From NCBI GenBank assembly GCA_948444845.1, contig CAOJVB010000004.1:6083-70082 (forward strand): a DNA stretch of 64,000 nucleotides. Direction: 5' to 3'. Positions 1 through 10,659 of this stretch are shown in pieces. The notes beneath the pieces were generated by a model. The model searched no databases. It had not been told where the DNA came from and saw only the letters and a list, made by a program, of their open reading frames with translations. Numbering within the stretch: position 1 is the stretch's first letter; every line of letters starts with the position of its first letter. This stretch comes from an uncultured Clostridiaceae bacterium. GTDB taxonomy: Bacteria; Bacillota; Clostridia; TANB77; CAG-508. Position numbers and translations under genes: made by a program.

Positions 1-21
1 AGTTTTCATAATTTTCTACTA

Positions 22-56
22 TTCCTCGGGTTTCCGATGGCGGCGACCCCTACAAT
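22..56 (+). repeat. family-A short dispersed repeat (TTCGAAG...CCCCTACA type), degenerate copy downstream of groES
   Basis: ttcctcggg...ggcgacccctacaat ends in the cccctaca motif that recurs at least 15 times in the window. Confidence 0.55.
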
Positions 57-143
57 TGCTACTATTCATTTGAGCAATTTCTTCTAAGTGCTGGGTAGAC
101 ACAAGGCCTATCCCTACATTAATTTTTGATTTCATAATTTTAA

Positions 144-428
<285 letters not shown>

Positions 429-457
429 TTAAAAATATTTATTTACTAATATTAAAA

Positions 458-484
458 TTAGCAGTCTTTATTTGAGACTGCTAA
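458..484. promoter_or_regulatory. CIRCE (HrcA operator) inverted repeat
   Basis: ttagcagtc-N9-gactgctaa, a perfect 9-bp inverted repeat with 9-nt spacer, 45 nt upstream of the groES start. Confidence 0.9.
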
Positions 485-598
485 TAATTTATACCTTTTT
501 ACTTTTAATGTCAATACTATTGTTTGAAAATTCACATATTTTTCACAAAGTGCCTCTTTTATATTTATATTCGGTAATTTGCTTTAATATGATTATAA

Positions 599-1619
599 TT
601 ACTTACTTTTTAATTTATAAACTACATATCTTAAATTACAAAATACTTTCTTTGCAATTTTATAGAAAAGATATTTAATTGGTTTAAATGGAATATATAT
701 TTCTCCTATTAGTTCTACAAATTCTCCCCCAAAGCCTTTTTTGAACCTATATAGTCCATCTTCTTCTCCGCTTTTCTATTGAAACTCCTCTAAAATCATA
801 TACTTTACAATTATTTTTTATTGCTAGTTTTATCATTTCCCATTGAAGTAAATATGTTGACATTAAGTTTCTATGTTTATTTGAGCTTGCCCCATATAGG
901 TACCACATTTTGTTTCCATATATTATTGGCATTATTGCTGATATTGGCTCATTTTCATAATAAGCTATATATATTTTAGTTTGATATGGAAATTCTTTTA
1001 ATATTTTTTCGAAATATTCTTTGGGTCTTGTCCTAAAATTATCCCTTTTGCCTGTTTCTTTCATTAGCTCATAAAACTCATCTATTCCGTTTTCATTTTT
1101 TTCTTCTACTATTACTCCTTTCCTTGTTGCTAACCTTACATTATACCTTGTTTTTGAAGCAAAGTTTTTGAATATTTCATCTTCTGTTTTATTTTCTAAG
1201 TTTAATCTAAAATTATGTCTTGCTTGTATTTCTTGGTCAAATTTTATAGCCTTACTGTTTACTTTATAGCCTAATTTCTTTACCAAACTACTAAATTCCT
1301 TATTTCCCTTTTTTACATTTGGCTCTATTATAATTACAAATGCTTTATACCTTTTTGCTACCTCTTTCATTTTATCTGTTAGTTTTCTTAAAGTTTCCTC
1401 GTTATATATATCACCTATTGGACCTCTTGGCACATACATTATATTTCCAAATATGGGGAATTTTCTAATTAATATACTCATACTTGCTATTATATTTTTA
1501 TTTTCATCTTCTACTATAACTATTTCATTTTTCCAAAACTCTTTTACTTTTGCCCACTCCTCAGATTGCTGAAAATCGCATAATTCTTGTTTTTTTATAA
1601 ATTCTTCATATGTTTGCAT
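599..1619 (-). CDS. FemAB-family peptidoglycan interpeptide-bridge aminoacyltransferase; needs +1 shift at in-frame CGG (768-770)
   Basis: ORF 747-1619 resembles FemAB and ends ...SIEKRRRRWTI*. Skipping the C of CGG gives ...EK|GEEDGLYRFKKGFGGEFVELIGE... open to the stop at 599-601. Confidence 0.75.
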
Positions 1620-1717
1620 TGTTCTATTCTCCTTCCATTTTAATTGTACAAAATAAATGAAAAGAAGGTTTTAAGAAGTACTTAAGTAAATCTTAACTTT
1701 TTCTTACATTTATTTAG

Positions 1718-1797
1718 ATGTGTCAGAAGTCGGAGGTCAGAAACAGATGTCGGAAGTCAGAGGTCAGATGTCAGAGGTCAGATGTCGGAAGTCAGAA
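1718..1797. repeat. family-D degenerate oligomer tract (GAWGTCRG / AGAGGTCA units)
   Basis: gatgtgtcagaagtcggaggtcag...gatgtcggaagtcagaa; related tracts at 28091, 34971, 35126, 46877. Confidence 0.8.
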
Positions 1798-1808
1798 TTT
1801 ATGGTGTT

Positions 1809-1847
1809 TTCTTCGAAGATTGGGCGATTGATAATCACCCCTACATC
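1809..1847 (+). repeat. family-A repeat copy
   Basis: ttcttcgaagattgggcgattgataatcacccctacatc. Confidence 0.8.
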
Positions 1848-1910
1848 AAATTTCAATAATACACCCAATTCTAAAAATAAGAATAGTAGTAATCATATTT
1901 TGTAGAGTAA

Positions 1911-2028
1911 CCTTATGTGTTTATATATATTAAAATCAAAATTGAAGCCCGACAGCCCATTGAGGCGGGGGAATACCCCTTGTCTTGGAGGGTTCAATTT
2001 TTATTTTAATATATATAAATGCATAAGG
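1911..2028. repeat. family-E AT-rich long hairpin (ccttatg...cataagg) carrying a GC-rich core (1942-1998)
   Basis: ccttatgtgtttatatatattaaaatca...ttaatatatataaatgcataagg. The same outer hairpin without the core is at 20699-20756. Both are followed by gtggattatttt. Confidence 0.75.
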
Positions 2029-2286
2029 TGGATTATTTTAAATCTCTCTTATTACAAATTCTTTTTGTGTGTAATTCGGTAAATTCTCTTAGGTATTCCT
2101 TACTCGATTAAGCCATCTCTTTTTTCTATTCAATTTCTGTCTTTCCACTTCTTTATTAGATGATATTATTTTATTACTACTTTTTCTATCATCTTTTTGC
2201 AATCTTGTTGTAAGTAAATTGTAAGGTTTAAATACATATTAAAAGAAGACATCTATTTTTTAAGATGCCTTCTTTGTCATTCTATC

Positions 2287-3027
2287 CTATTCTATTGTCA
2301 AGTAATCTTCAAACCCAACTTGCAAACTCACAATTTCATATGTTGGTACTTCTATTTCTACTTTTATATGATTTTTATTATCTTCTATTACATATACTCC
2401 TTCATTTATGCTTTCACTTTGGATTTCTCCTGTTGTATAGAAATATTGAACATATAATGTTTCTGGTTCAAAACCGAACTTTTCTACTATTCCTAGTTCT
2501 TCTAACAGATTTCTTACTTTTTCATATATTTCGTTTTTATTTTCATTTCTACTTTCTTGTTCGTCAACATATGAAGTACTACTATTATTATATTTTATTC
2601 CAGAAGCTCTGTATTCAATATTATTTACATCTGGTGTAAATATTAGTTTATATTCATCCTCATTTATATATATAAATTTATCATATAATAATTTTATTCT
2701 TCCTTTTTTTTGCATTTTACTTATATATTTATTAATTTCATTATCTTCTATATAACTATATTTTTCTAAAATATTTCTTATAATTTTGTTATATCTTATT
2801 ACATCTATGTTACTTTCTGTTAGCTCACTATAACATTCATCTATTGCATATCCTATTTTTGATAATATATCAGAACTATTATCACTTTTATAATATGTAT
2901 TTTTATACTCTTGTTTTTTATTATTATAAGATATTGTAAAATTTTCTATATTTAAAATAAAACTTATATATAAACATATAATAACAATACCTATTGCTAT
3001 AAATTTAAAAATTGATTTAAGTTTCAT
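2287..3027 (-). CDS. hypothetical N-terminally membrane-anchored protein, co-operonic with the two-component system
   Basis: 246-aa ORF with N-terminal hydrophobic helix; start overlaps the kinase gene stop by 11 nt. Confidence 0.6.
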   Translation of the reverse strand: MKLKSIFKFIAIGIVIICLYISFILNIENFTISYNNKKQEYKNTYYKSDNSSDILSKIGYAIDECYSELTESNIDVIRYNKIIRNILEKYSYIEDNEINKYISKMQKKGRIKLLYDKFIYINEDEYKLIFTPDVNNIEYRASGIKYNNSSTSYVDEQESRNENKNEIYEKVRNLLEELGIVEKFGFEPETLYVQYFYTTGEIQSESINEGVYVIEDNKNHIKVEIEVPTYEIVSLQVGFEDYLTIE

Positions 3028-4426
3028 AGTTGTCTCCTAATTTTATTATAATTTTTGTACCTTCATTTTCTTTACTTTCTATTTCTAGTATTCCTTCTTG
3101 CATTTCTACTATTTGTATACATAGTGGAAGCCCTAGTCCCATTCCTGAAAATTTTCTGTTTCTGTCTTTACTTAAAGTATAAAAAGGCTCTTTTATTTTT
3201 TCTAGATCGTCTTGTTTTATACCTTTTCCATAATCTATCACTTTTATAACTTTCGTTCTATCCAGTTCTATTCTTACAATTGGATTGTTTTCATATGCGT
3301 TTATTGCATTTTTCGTTAAATTGATTATTAAGGTTTTTAATAATGTTTTATCAAAATTTACATATATATCTTTTTCAATTTCTTTTTGGAATAAAACATA
3401 TGGAAATGTGGTTTGCATATCTTCTATTATTTTATTTAATTCTTCTGATAAATTTATTGTATCTTTTGTAATACTTCCATTTTCTAAAAGCATTAAATCC
3501 ATTAGTTTTTGTGATATTTCTTCTATATATCTTCCTTCATCATATATCCTTTTACTATATTCTAAAACGACTTTTTCATCTGCAACTTTTCTATTTTTTA
3601 TTAAGCTAGAGTAACCTACTATTGAGGTTAAAGGTGTTCTTATTTCGTGTGTTAAGTTTCCTATAAATCTTTTTCTATTTTCTGAAACTTTTTCTATTTC
3701 TGAAATATTTCTTTGAAGTGCTTTTGTCATTTTGTTAAAGCTTTTTCCTACATTTCCTATTTCATCATTTCCTAATTTTTTAACTTTTGCTGTATAGTTT
3801 CCCTTTTCAACTTCTTTTACTGTTTGGTTTAATATTTTTATTTTTCTTGTTAGAAAACTTACACTTATTGAGAGTAAAAATGCGATGGTAAGTGAACATG
3901 CTAAACTAAGTTTTATGAAATAGTCTATTTGTTCTTTTTTCATGTTATTTATTTTTGAAATATCTGACATTACTACTACTACATTTGTATATTTTCTCAT
4001 TCTCATAAATAGTTTGTTACCTTCTATGTACGTAGTTATAGTCTCATCTGTTTCAAATTCTTTTTCTTGTTCGTATTGATCATATTTTTCCTGCAATTCA
4101 TCATATGACATTTTATCTTCTTTTGTAAATATTTTCTCTTCTAATATTTTGGAATAATCTTCTTTAAAATTCGTATATACTCTTCTTCCTTCATTGTATA
4201 TCTCTATATTTACATTATTTTTTAAATAAATATTCCCTATCCCAGATAAGTTATTAATTCCATATTCTAATTCATTTATTATGTTGTTAATTTGAATCAT
4301 ATTTTTATCTGTTTCTTTTTCTATGTTAGACTGATATGTATAGTTTATCATATTTATACCTATCAAGTTTATTGCTATTATAATTAGTGTAAAAGACATT
4401 AGAAATATTTTTTGACCAAATCCCAT
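3017..4426 (-). CDS. sensor histidine kinase (HAMP + HisKA + HATPase)
   Basis: H-box NLTHEIRTPLTSI, G-box GMGLGL, two TM segments flanking an extracellular loop. Confidence 0.9.
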   Translation of the reverse strand: MGFGQKIFLMSFTLIIIAINLIGINMINYTYQSNIEKETDKNMIQINNIINELEYGINNLSGIGNIYLKNNVNIEIYNEGRRVYTNFKEDYSKILEEKIFTKEDKMSYDELQEKYDQYEQEKEFETDETITTYIEGNKLFMRMRKYTNVVVVMSDISKINNMKKEQIDYFIKLSLACSLTIAFLLSISVSFLTRKIKILNQTVKEVEKGNYTAKVKKLGNDEIGNVGKSFNKMTKALQRNISEIEKVSENRKRFIGNLTHEIRTPLTSIVGYSSLIKNRKVADEKVVLEYSKRIYDEGRYIEEISQKLMDLMLLENGSITKDTINLSEELNKIIEDMQTTFPYVLFQKEIEKDIYVNFDKTLLKTLIINLTKNAINAYENNPIVRIELDRTKVIKVIDYGKGIKQDDLEKIKEPFYTLSKDRNRKFSGMGLGLPLCIQIVEMQEGILEIESKENEGTKIIIKLGDNYET

Positions 4427-4442
4427 TTTTTTATCTACTCCT

Positions 4443-5090
4443 CTATTCTTTTAATATGTAGCCTATTTTATTTACAGTTACTATGTTTTCTTTTAGGTCT
4501 AATTTTTTTCGTAATTGTTGTATGTGGTAATCTACTGTTCTTGTTTCTATTTGTGCATTTATATCCCATACTTTATTTAATATTTCATCTCTTGTTAATA
4601 CTCTGTTTTGATTTTTTATAAGTAATATAAATAGTTCATATTCTTTTGGTGCTAAGTATACTATTTCTTCATTTTTGTATACTGTTCTTGTATTTTCGTT
4701 TATTTTTATATTTTTAAAATTATATTCTTTTTCTTTTTTATTTTCCATTCTAAGTTCAATTCTTGCCAAAAGCTCTAATGGCTCAAATGGCTTTGTTATA
4801 TAATCTTTCCCTCCACTTTTTAGGCCTTTTACAATTGTGCTTACATCATTTTTCGCAGATAAGAATATAATTGGTACATTTTTATTTTCCATTTGTTCTA
4901 CTATTTGAAATCCATCTAATTTTGGTAGCATTATATCTAGCAAAATTAAATCATAAGTATTTTCATTTATCTTTTTAAGTGCATCTTCTCCATCAAAGCT
5001 ACAATCAAATTCGTAGTTTGCTAGGCTTACAGTGTCTTGTATTAATTTTGATATATTTTTTTCATCTTCTACTATTAATATTTTAGACAT
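4443..5090 (-). CDS. OmpR-family response regulator
   Basis: receiver ILIVEDE...DLILLDIMLP...K; winged-helix C terminus TRTVDYHIQQLRKKL. Confidence 0.9.
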   Translation of the reverse strand: MSKILIVEDEKNISKLIQDTVSLANYEFDCSFDGEDALKKINENTYDLILLDIMLPKLDGFQIVEQMENKNVPIIFLSAKNDVSTIVKGLKSGGKDYITKPFEPLELLARIELRMENKKEKEYNFKNIKINENTRTVYKNEEIVYLAPKEYELFILLIKNQNRVLTRDEILNKVWDINAQIETRTVDYHIQQLRKKLDLKENIVTVNKIGYILKE

Positions 5091-5253
5091 ATTTTTTAGC
5101 TCCCTTCTTGTTTATTTTAGCATTTTTTTATGTTTATTACAATTGATTAGATGTAAGTTTTTTGTAAGGGATTTATAAAAAACTAGTAGACATTAAAATT
5201 GAAGTGAACCCAAATTATTAGACAAAATAAGTTTAATAAGGAGGGTTCATTTT

Positions 5254-5766
5254 ATGTCTAAATACTCAAATGAATTTAAGCTAAAAGTAATAGAATTTTA
5301 TCAAAAAGAAAATTATGGAGTAAAATATGTTGCTGATTATTTTAATATTCCATCCAGTGAATTAGTTAGAAGATGGATAAAAAAATATGAAAAACATGGA
5401 ATATCAGGTATAATAAAAAATAAGAAGTCATCATATGATGGTAAATTTAAACAAAGTGTGGTAGAATATATGCATAATAACCATTTATCATGTGTAGAAA
5501 CTGCATTTCATTTTAATATAGGGCATCGTGATATTGTAGATAAATGGGAACGTATATATTATGAGGAAGGACCACAAGCACTTTATGAAGAGCGACGTGG
5601 TAGAAATAAAAATATGAGTTCTAAACCAAGAAAAAAGAAACTAGCTAAAGAAAATGAAGAAGATTTAATTGAAGAAGTTCAAAGACTTAGAATGGAAAAT
5701 GCATACTTAAAAAAATTGCAAGCCTTAGTTCAGGAAAGAACGAAGCCAAAACAATCGAAAAAGTGA
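5254..5766 (+). CDS. IS3-family transposase OrfA (HTH)
   Basis: 170-aa ORF with HTH and leucine-zipper-like C terminus, typical IS3 OrfA. Confidence 0.85.
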   Translation: MSKYSNEFKLKVIEFYQKENYGVKYVADYFNIPSSELVRRWIKKYEKHGISGIIKNKKSSYDGKFKQSVVEYMHNNHLSCVETAFHFNIGHRDIVDKWERIYYEEGPQALYEERRGRNKNMSSKPRKKKLAKENEEDLIEEVQRLRMENAYLKKLQALVQERTKPKQSKK

Positions 5767-6608
5767 TTGTAATAGAGGAATTAAGGCATGAATTTAAGTT
5801 AGAGGCTTTGTTAAAATATGCTGAGGTAACAAGAAGTACATTTTATTACCATTTAAATAGAATGAAAGAACCAGATAAATATAAAAAAATAAAAGAAGAA
5901 ATAACAGCTATTTATCATGAAAATAAAGGAAGATATGGATATAGAAGAATAACTTTAGAACTTCACAATAGAGGATATTGTATTAATCATAAAACAGTAA
6001 GAAAATTAATGAAAGAATTAGGATTACAGTGTTTTGTTAGAGTACAAAAATATAAATCATATAAAGGTGAAGTAGGTAAAATATGTGATAATCTATTAAA
6101 TCGTAAATTTGAAGCAGAAAATCCAAATGAAAAATGGGTTACAGATGTTACAGAATTTAAAGTACATAACGAAAAATTATATTTATCACCAATAGTTGAT
6201 TTATTTAATGGAGAAGTAATAAGTTTTAATTTATCTAGACATCCAGTATTTGCACAAATAGTAGATATGTTAGAAAAGGCATTTAGTAGGATTCCAGATA
6301 ATACAAATTTGATATTACATTCCGATCAAGGGTGGCAATATCAAATGAAACAATATCAAGCATTATTAAAAGATAAAGGAATTAGACAAAGTATGTCTAG
6401 GAAAGGAAATTGTTTAGATAATTCATTAGCAGAAAATTTCTTTGGTTTATTGAAATCAGAATTATTTTATATGAAAGAATATAAAACCATAGAAGAATTA
6501 GAAAAAGATATAATAGAATATATAGATTATTATAATAATAAAAGGATAAAGGGCAAATTAAAAGGAATGAGCCCTGTACAATACAGAGTTCATTCCCAAG
6601 TTGCCTAG
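5763..6608 (+). CDS. IS3-family transposase OrfB (DDE integrase core), probably made as an OrfAB fusion by -1 frameshift
   Basis: WVTDVTEF...HSDQGWQY...NCLDNSLAENFF, DDE/rve-type motifs. Confidence 0.85.
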   Translation: MIVIEELRHEFKLEALLKYAEVTRSTFYYHLNRMKEPDKYKKIKEEITAIYHENKGRYGYRRITLELHNRGYCINHKTVRKLMKELGLQCFVRVQKYKSYKGEVGKICDNLLNRKFEAENPNEKWVTDVTEFKVHNEKLYLSPIVDLFNGEVISFNLSRHPVFAQIVDMLEKAFSRIPDNTNLILHSDQGWQYQMKQYQALLKDKGIRQSMSRKGNCLDNSLAENFFGLLKSELFYMKEYKTIEELEKDIIEYIDYYNNKRIKGKLKGMSPVQYRVHSQVA

Positions 6609-6677
6609 TACCTAATCAAAAAATGTCCAATTTTTTGGGTTCAGTACAAATATATTAATATCTACTAGTTCTATCAT

Positions 6678-6998
6678 TTAGAGATTTTCGCTTAATTTCT
6701 TTTCTTCATCAGAAAGTTTTGAATAACCATCACTACCTCTACTTGCAACCCGCGGTGCAAACTTTTTTACGTTATATGGTATATCTTTTTCAGGAATCTC
6801 TGTAAAACACTTACATACTGGGCAAATGCATCCATAATTAATTTCATCTTCATAACATGAACGTTTTACAATATCTCCGTCTTCTACTATTAAAAGACTG
6901 TAGCATGGCTTTTGTTTTTGCTCCCAATCTCTTCCAGTGCACCGAACCTCTAATTTCCAATCGGGCATTTTGTAATCACCTTGTTCTTTTACTTGCAT
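6678..6998 (-). CDS. hypothetical Cys-rich small protein (putative zinc ribbon)
   Basis: 106-aa ORF with aggagg RBS and CICPVCKC motif; contains an in-frame CCG-CGG at 6750-6755. Confidence 0.5.
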   Translation of the reverse strand: MQVKEQGDYKMPDWKLEVRCTGRDWEQKQKPCYSLLIVEDGDIVKRSCYEDEINYGCICPVCKCFTEIPEKDIPYNVKKFAPRVASRGSDGYSKLSDEEKKLSENL

Positions 6999-7130
6999 AC
7001 TTTTTCCTCCTTACAATTGTTTTTGAGTACTTGTTACTTTATTATTTTTTCGCATATTCACGAAAGACATTTGTATTTTACCATATTTTTATGTCAATTG
7101 CAACATGATTACTGATTTTTTATTATGCTT

Positions 7131-8432
7131 TTATAAAATTTTATTTTTTATCATTTTTATAACATCTCCATAAATATAAAAACTCCCCACAATAAAACTA
7201 ACTTTTTTCCTTTGACTTTGTATATATAAAATTGCATCTTGCAAAGTCTTTTGGTATAGATTTTCATTACTTGTCATTTTTCTTGCTGTTTCATATAGTT
7301 CTTCTCTTGATACATACCTTTTTTCATCATTTCCACTTGTAAATATGAATGTAGAATTTTCGTCTTTTAGTAGGTGTTTTAATACTGTTTTGTAATCTTT
7401 TGTTTTTAGTATTGATATAATATAAATTTTTTCTTCTTTCTTATAATATGTGTTTACTGTATTTATAAAATTTAGAATTGCTTCTTTATTATGTCCGCCA
7501 TCATATATTATTTTTGGTTCTTTATTTATAGTTTCAAACCTTGCTTTATGTATGACAGTTGATAGTCCTTCTTTTACTGCTTTTTCTGAAATTTTGTGTC
7601 CTTTTTTTCTTAGTATATTAATTGTTTCTAAACATAAGCTAGCATTTTCAAATTGCTTGTCTCCTTTTAGGTTTAGTTTTATATTTTTATTTTCTTTATA
7701 GTCAAATGTTAAAAATTCGTCTTGATAGTTTTTGTTTTTTATATCTTCTTTTTTTACAACTGTTAATGTATTGTTTTTACTTTTACAAGTTTCTTCTATT
7801 ATTTTTTGTATCATTTCTTTTTGTTCTATTATAACAGTATTAGAATTTTGTTTTATAATTCCTGCTTTTTGCACTGTTATTTCTTCTAACGTTTCTCCTA
7901 ATATTGCCATGTGGTCATAGCCAATAGAAGTAATAATAGATACTAACGGCCATACTATGTTTGTGCAGTCATATAAACCTCCTAAACCTGTTTCAAGAAC
8001 TACAAAGTCACACTCTTTTTCTTTAAAATAGTATAGTGCCATAGTCGTTAATAGTTCAAATAAAGTTACTTTTTCTTTACTTATTTTATTATATTTTTCT
8101 ATTTTATCTTTTAGCTTTTCTATTATATCTTCCATCTCTTTATCTGTTATGTCTTGACCATTTATACTAATCCTTTCATTGTATTCTATTAAATGAGGTG
8201 AAATATATTTTCCTACTTTGTAGCCACTTTTTGTTAAAATATTAGCTAGCATTTCTGTGGTACTTCCTTTTCCGTTTGTACCTGCTATATGAATAACTTT
8301 TAGTTTCTCTTCTGGATGATTTAATTCTTCCATAAAGTATTCCATTGCTTTTAGTGTTGGATTTTTGGTTCCTTTATAAAAATTATCAAAATATTCTTCT
8401 ATATTCATAAAAATGTCTCCTTTCATTTTCAT
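7131..8432 (-). CDS. folC: folylpolyglutamate synthase / dihydrofolate synthase
   Basis: Mur-ligase P-loop HIAGTNGKGST; FolC-like length and layout; alternative start MNIEEY at 8408. Confidence 0.85.
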   Translation of the reverse strand: MKMKGDIFMNIEEYFDNFYKGTKNPTLKAMEYFMEELNHPEEKLKVIHIAGTNGKGSTTEMLANILTKSGYKVGKYISPHLIEYNERISINGQDITDKEMEDIIEKLKDKIEKYNKISKEKVTLFELLTTMALYYFKEKECDFVVLETGLGGLYDCTNIVWPLVSIITSIGYDHMAILGETLEEITVQKAGIIKQNSNTVIIEQKEMIQKIIEETCKSKNNTLTVVKKEDIKNKNYQDEFLTFDYKENKNIKLNLKGDKQFENASLCLETINILRKKGHKISEKAVKEGLSTVIHKARFETINKEPKIIYDGGHNKEAILNFINTVNTYYKKEEKIYIISILKTKDYKTVLKHLLKDENSTFIFTSGNDEKRYVSREELYETARKMTSNENLYQKTLQDAILYIQSQRKKVSFIVGSFYIYGDVIKMIKNKIL

Positions 8433-8586
8433 TCCACGCGAAAACGAAAGAAGACATTTTTTCTTCTTTTATTTTTCATAGCGGAATGCGAAAATAAATA
8501 CGCAAGCTTTTTATACTTTTGCCTTAGTAACAACTTCCCGTTTACTAAGTCTTAACGATTTATTTTCTACTCTATTTTTTATTTAT

Positions 8587-10252
8587 TTAAAATATCCCTA
8601 CAATATTTCCTTCTTCATCTACATCAATTTGCTCTGATGCAGGTCTTTTTGGAAGTCCTGGCATTGTCATTACCTTTCCTGTTAGTACTACTATAAATTC
8701 TGCTCCTACTTTTAGTTTTACTTCTTTTACATGAATGTTAAATGCTTCTGTGCATTCCAAGTTTTTAGCGTCATCTGAGAATGAGTATTGTGTTTTGGCT
8801 ATACATATTGGTAGATTTTCATAGCCTAATTCATTTATTTTTTTAATTTGTTCTTCCGCTTCTTCTGTGTATTCTACTTTTTCTGCTCCATATATGTTAC
8901 AAGCTATTTTTTCTATTTTTTCTTTTATACTATCTTCTAATGAGTATATATATTTAAATTGTTTGCTTTCATTATTGCACAATTCCACTAGTTTTTCAGC
9001 TAAGTTAGTTGCTCCTTCTCCACCTTTTTCCCAGCTTTCTACTAGGCTTAAGTTAACATTTTTTTCTTCTAGTATTTCTTTTAATATGTTTATTTCATTT
9101 GATGTATCTTGAGCAAATTTGTTTATTGCTACAATTACATTTAGTCCAAATTTTTCTTTTAGGTTTTCTATGTGTTTTAGAAGATTTTTACTTCCTCTTT
9201 TTAAGGCTTCTATATTTTCATTTGTAAGTTCATCTTTTGGAATTCCGCCATGATATTTCAAGGCTTTTATTGTGGCAACTATAACTACTGCGTCTGGTAC
9301 TTTTCCTAGTTTTCTTGTTTTAATATTTAGGAATTTTTCTGCTCCTAGGTCTGCTCCAAAGCCGGCTTTCCGTTACAACGTAATCTGCTAGTTTTAGAGC
9401 CATTTTTGTGGCTACTACGCTATTACAGCCGTGTGCTATATTTGCAAATGGTCCTCCGTGTATTAAGGCTGGTGTATGTTCTAGTGTTTGTACTAAATTT
9501 GGATTAAATGCATCTTTAAGTAGTACTGTCATTGCTCCTTCTGCTTTTAGGTCATGTGCTGTTACTTTCTTTCCTTCTTTGTCAAAGCCTATTATAATAT
9601 TTCCTAGTCTTCTTTTTAGGTCTTCTAAACTTGATGCTAAGCAGAATATTGCCATTATTTCTGATGCTACTGTTATATCAAAACCATCTTCACGTGGCAC
9701 AATATTTTTTTCGTTTGATAAACCTGTATTTACTGTTCTTAGTTGTCTATCATTTAAGTCTACACATCTTTTCCATGTTACTTTTTCTATATTTAGCTCA
9801 TTTCCGTGATATATATGGTTATCAATTATAGCTGAAAGTAAGTTATTGGCTGAAGTTATTGCATGTATATCTCCTGTAAAGTGTAAGTTTATATCTTCCA
9901 TAGGTGCTACTTGTGAATAGCCTCCGCCTGTCGCTCCTCCTTTTATTCCAAATACTGGCCCTAGTGATGGTTCTCTTAAAGCTAACATAGATTTTTTTCC
10001 TATTTTTCTTAAACCATCTGCTAATCCTATAGAAATAGTTGTTTTTCCTTCTCCTAATGGAGTTGGGTTTATGGCTGTTACTAGTATTAGCTTTCCATCT
10101 TTTTTATCTTCTAATTTTTGCAACTTTTCTAAAGAAACTTTTGCCTTATATTTTCCATAAGGTTCTAAATATTCTTCTTCTATTTCATTTTGTTTGGCTA
10201 TATTTGTAATTGGCTCTAACTTTGTATTTCTTGCGATTTCAATATCCTTCAT
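8587..10252 (-). CDS. fhs: formate-tetrahydrofolate ligase; needs +1 shift at in-frame CGG (9362-9364)
   Basis: N-terminal part MKDIEIARN...[10 protein letters not shown]...ADYVVTES then R(CGG)LWSRP...*. The +1 frame gives |[18 protein letters not shown]...ALKYHGG, joining ORF 8587-9261. Confidence 0.9.
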
Positions 10253-10659
10253 TGCCTTTGCACCTCTTTTTCTATATATAATTATTGAAAAATTTTTAAT
10301 CAATATATATAGAAAATGGAAAATCACATCTGCTTATTCTCATTTTCTATTTTAGACAGTTTATAATATCTATATAATTTTTGCAATATAATTTGCTAAA
10401 TTTCTTTCGTATATTTTTTTCATATTGTTACTCCTTAAATTTTTAAAATTTGGTTTACAATGGCTAAAACTGTTATCATTATATTATTTTAAATTTTATC
10501 AATTCTGTCACAAATATCTATTATGTCTTCTGTTTATTTTTTATACTATCTTAAGTAATATGATTCCCAATAACATAAATGTATTTGTTCTATATTTCTA
10601 ACTCTTATACAATATAACCATTTACTTTCATAATGGTTACATCTCTTTTTTAGTTATTA

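Larger units (their letters stand above)
5205..6643 (+). mobile_element. IS3-family (IS150-like) insertion sequence; weaker inverted similarity extends to about 5182 and 6669
   Basis: TG...CA ends with imperfect IRs (tgaacccaaattatt / tgaacccaaaaaattgg); orfA-orfB arrangement; A7 slippery run at 5709-5715 with the orfB frame open from there. Confidence 0.85.

Noticed and set aside
1720-1905. ORF encoding MSEVGGQKQMSEVRGQMSEV...
   Set aside because: It is just the translation of the family-D and family-A repeat tracts. There is no RBS, and the same words occur non-coding elsewhere.
1942-1998. Twister-type self-cleaving ribozyme, because of the AAGCCCG and GGAGGG words closed by a ttgaa/ttcaa stem
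   Set aside because: I could not thread the sequence onto the P1-P2-P4/T1-T2 topology as I remember it. The UAA cleavage-site loop is missing and the order of conserved blocks does not fit any permutation I tried. It is kept only as a generic structured-RNA candidate.
8433-8586. Possible small RNA or tRNA in the relatively GC-rich folC-fhs spacer
   Set aside because: No cloverleaf or conserved tRNA boxes could be drawn. The sequence resembles further degenerate repeat words (gcgaaaa, cttagta...cgattt).
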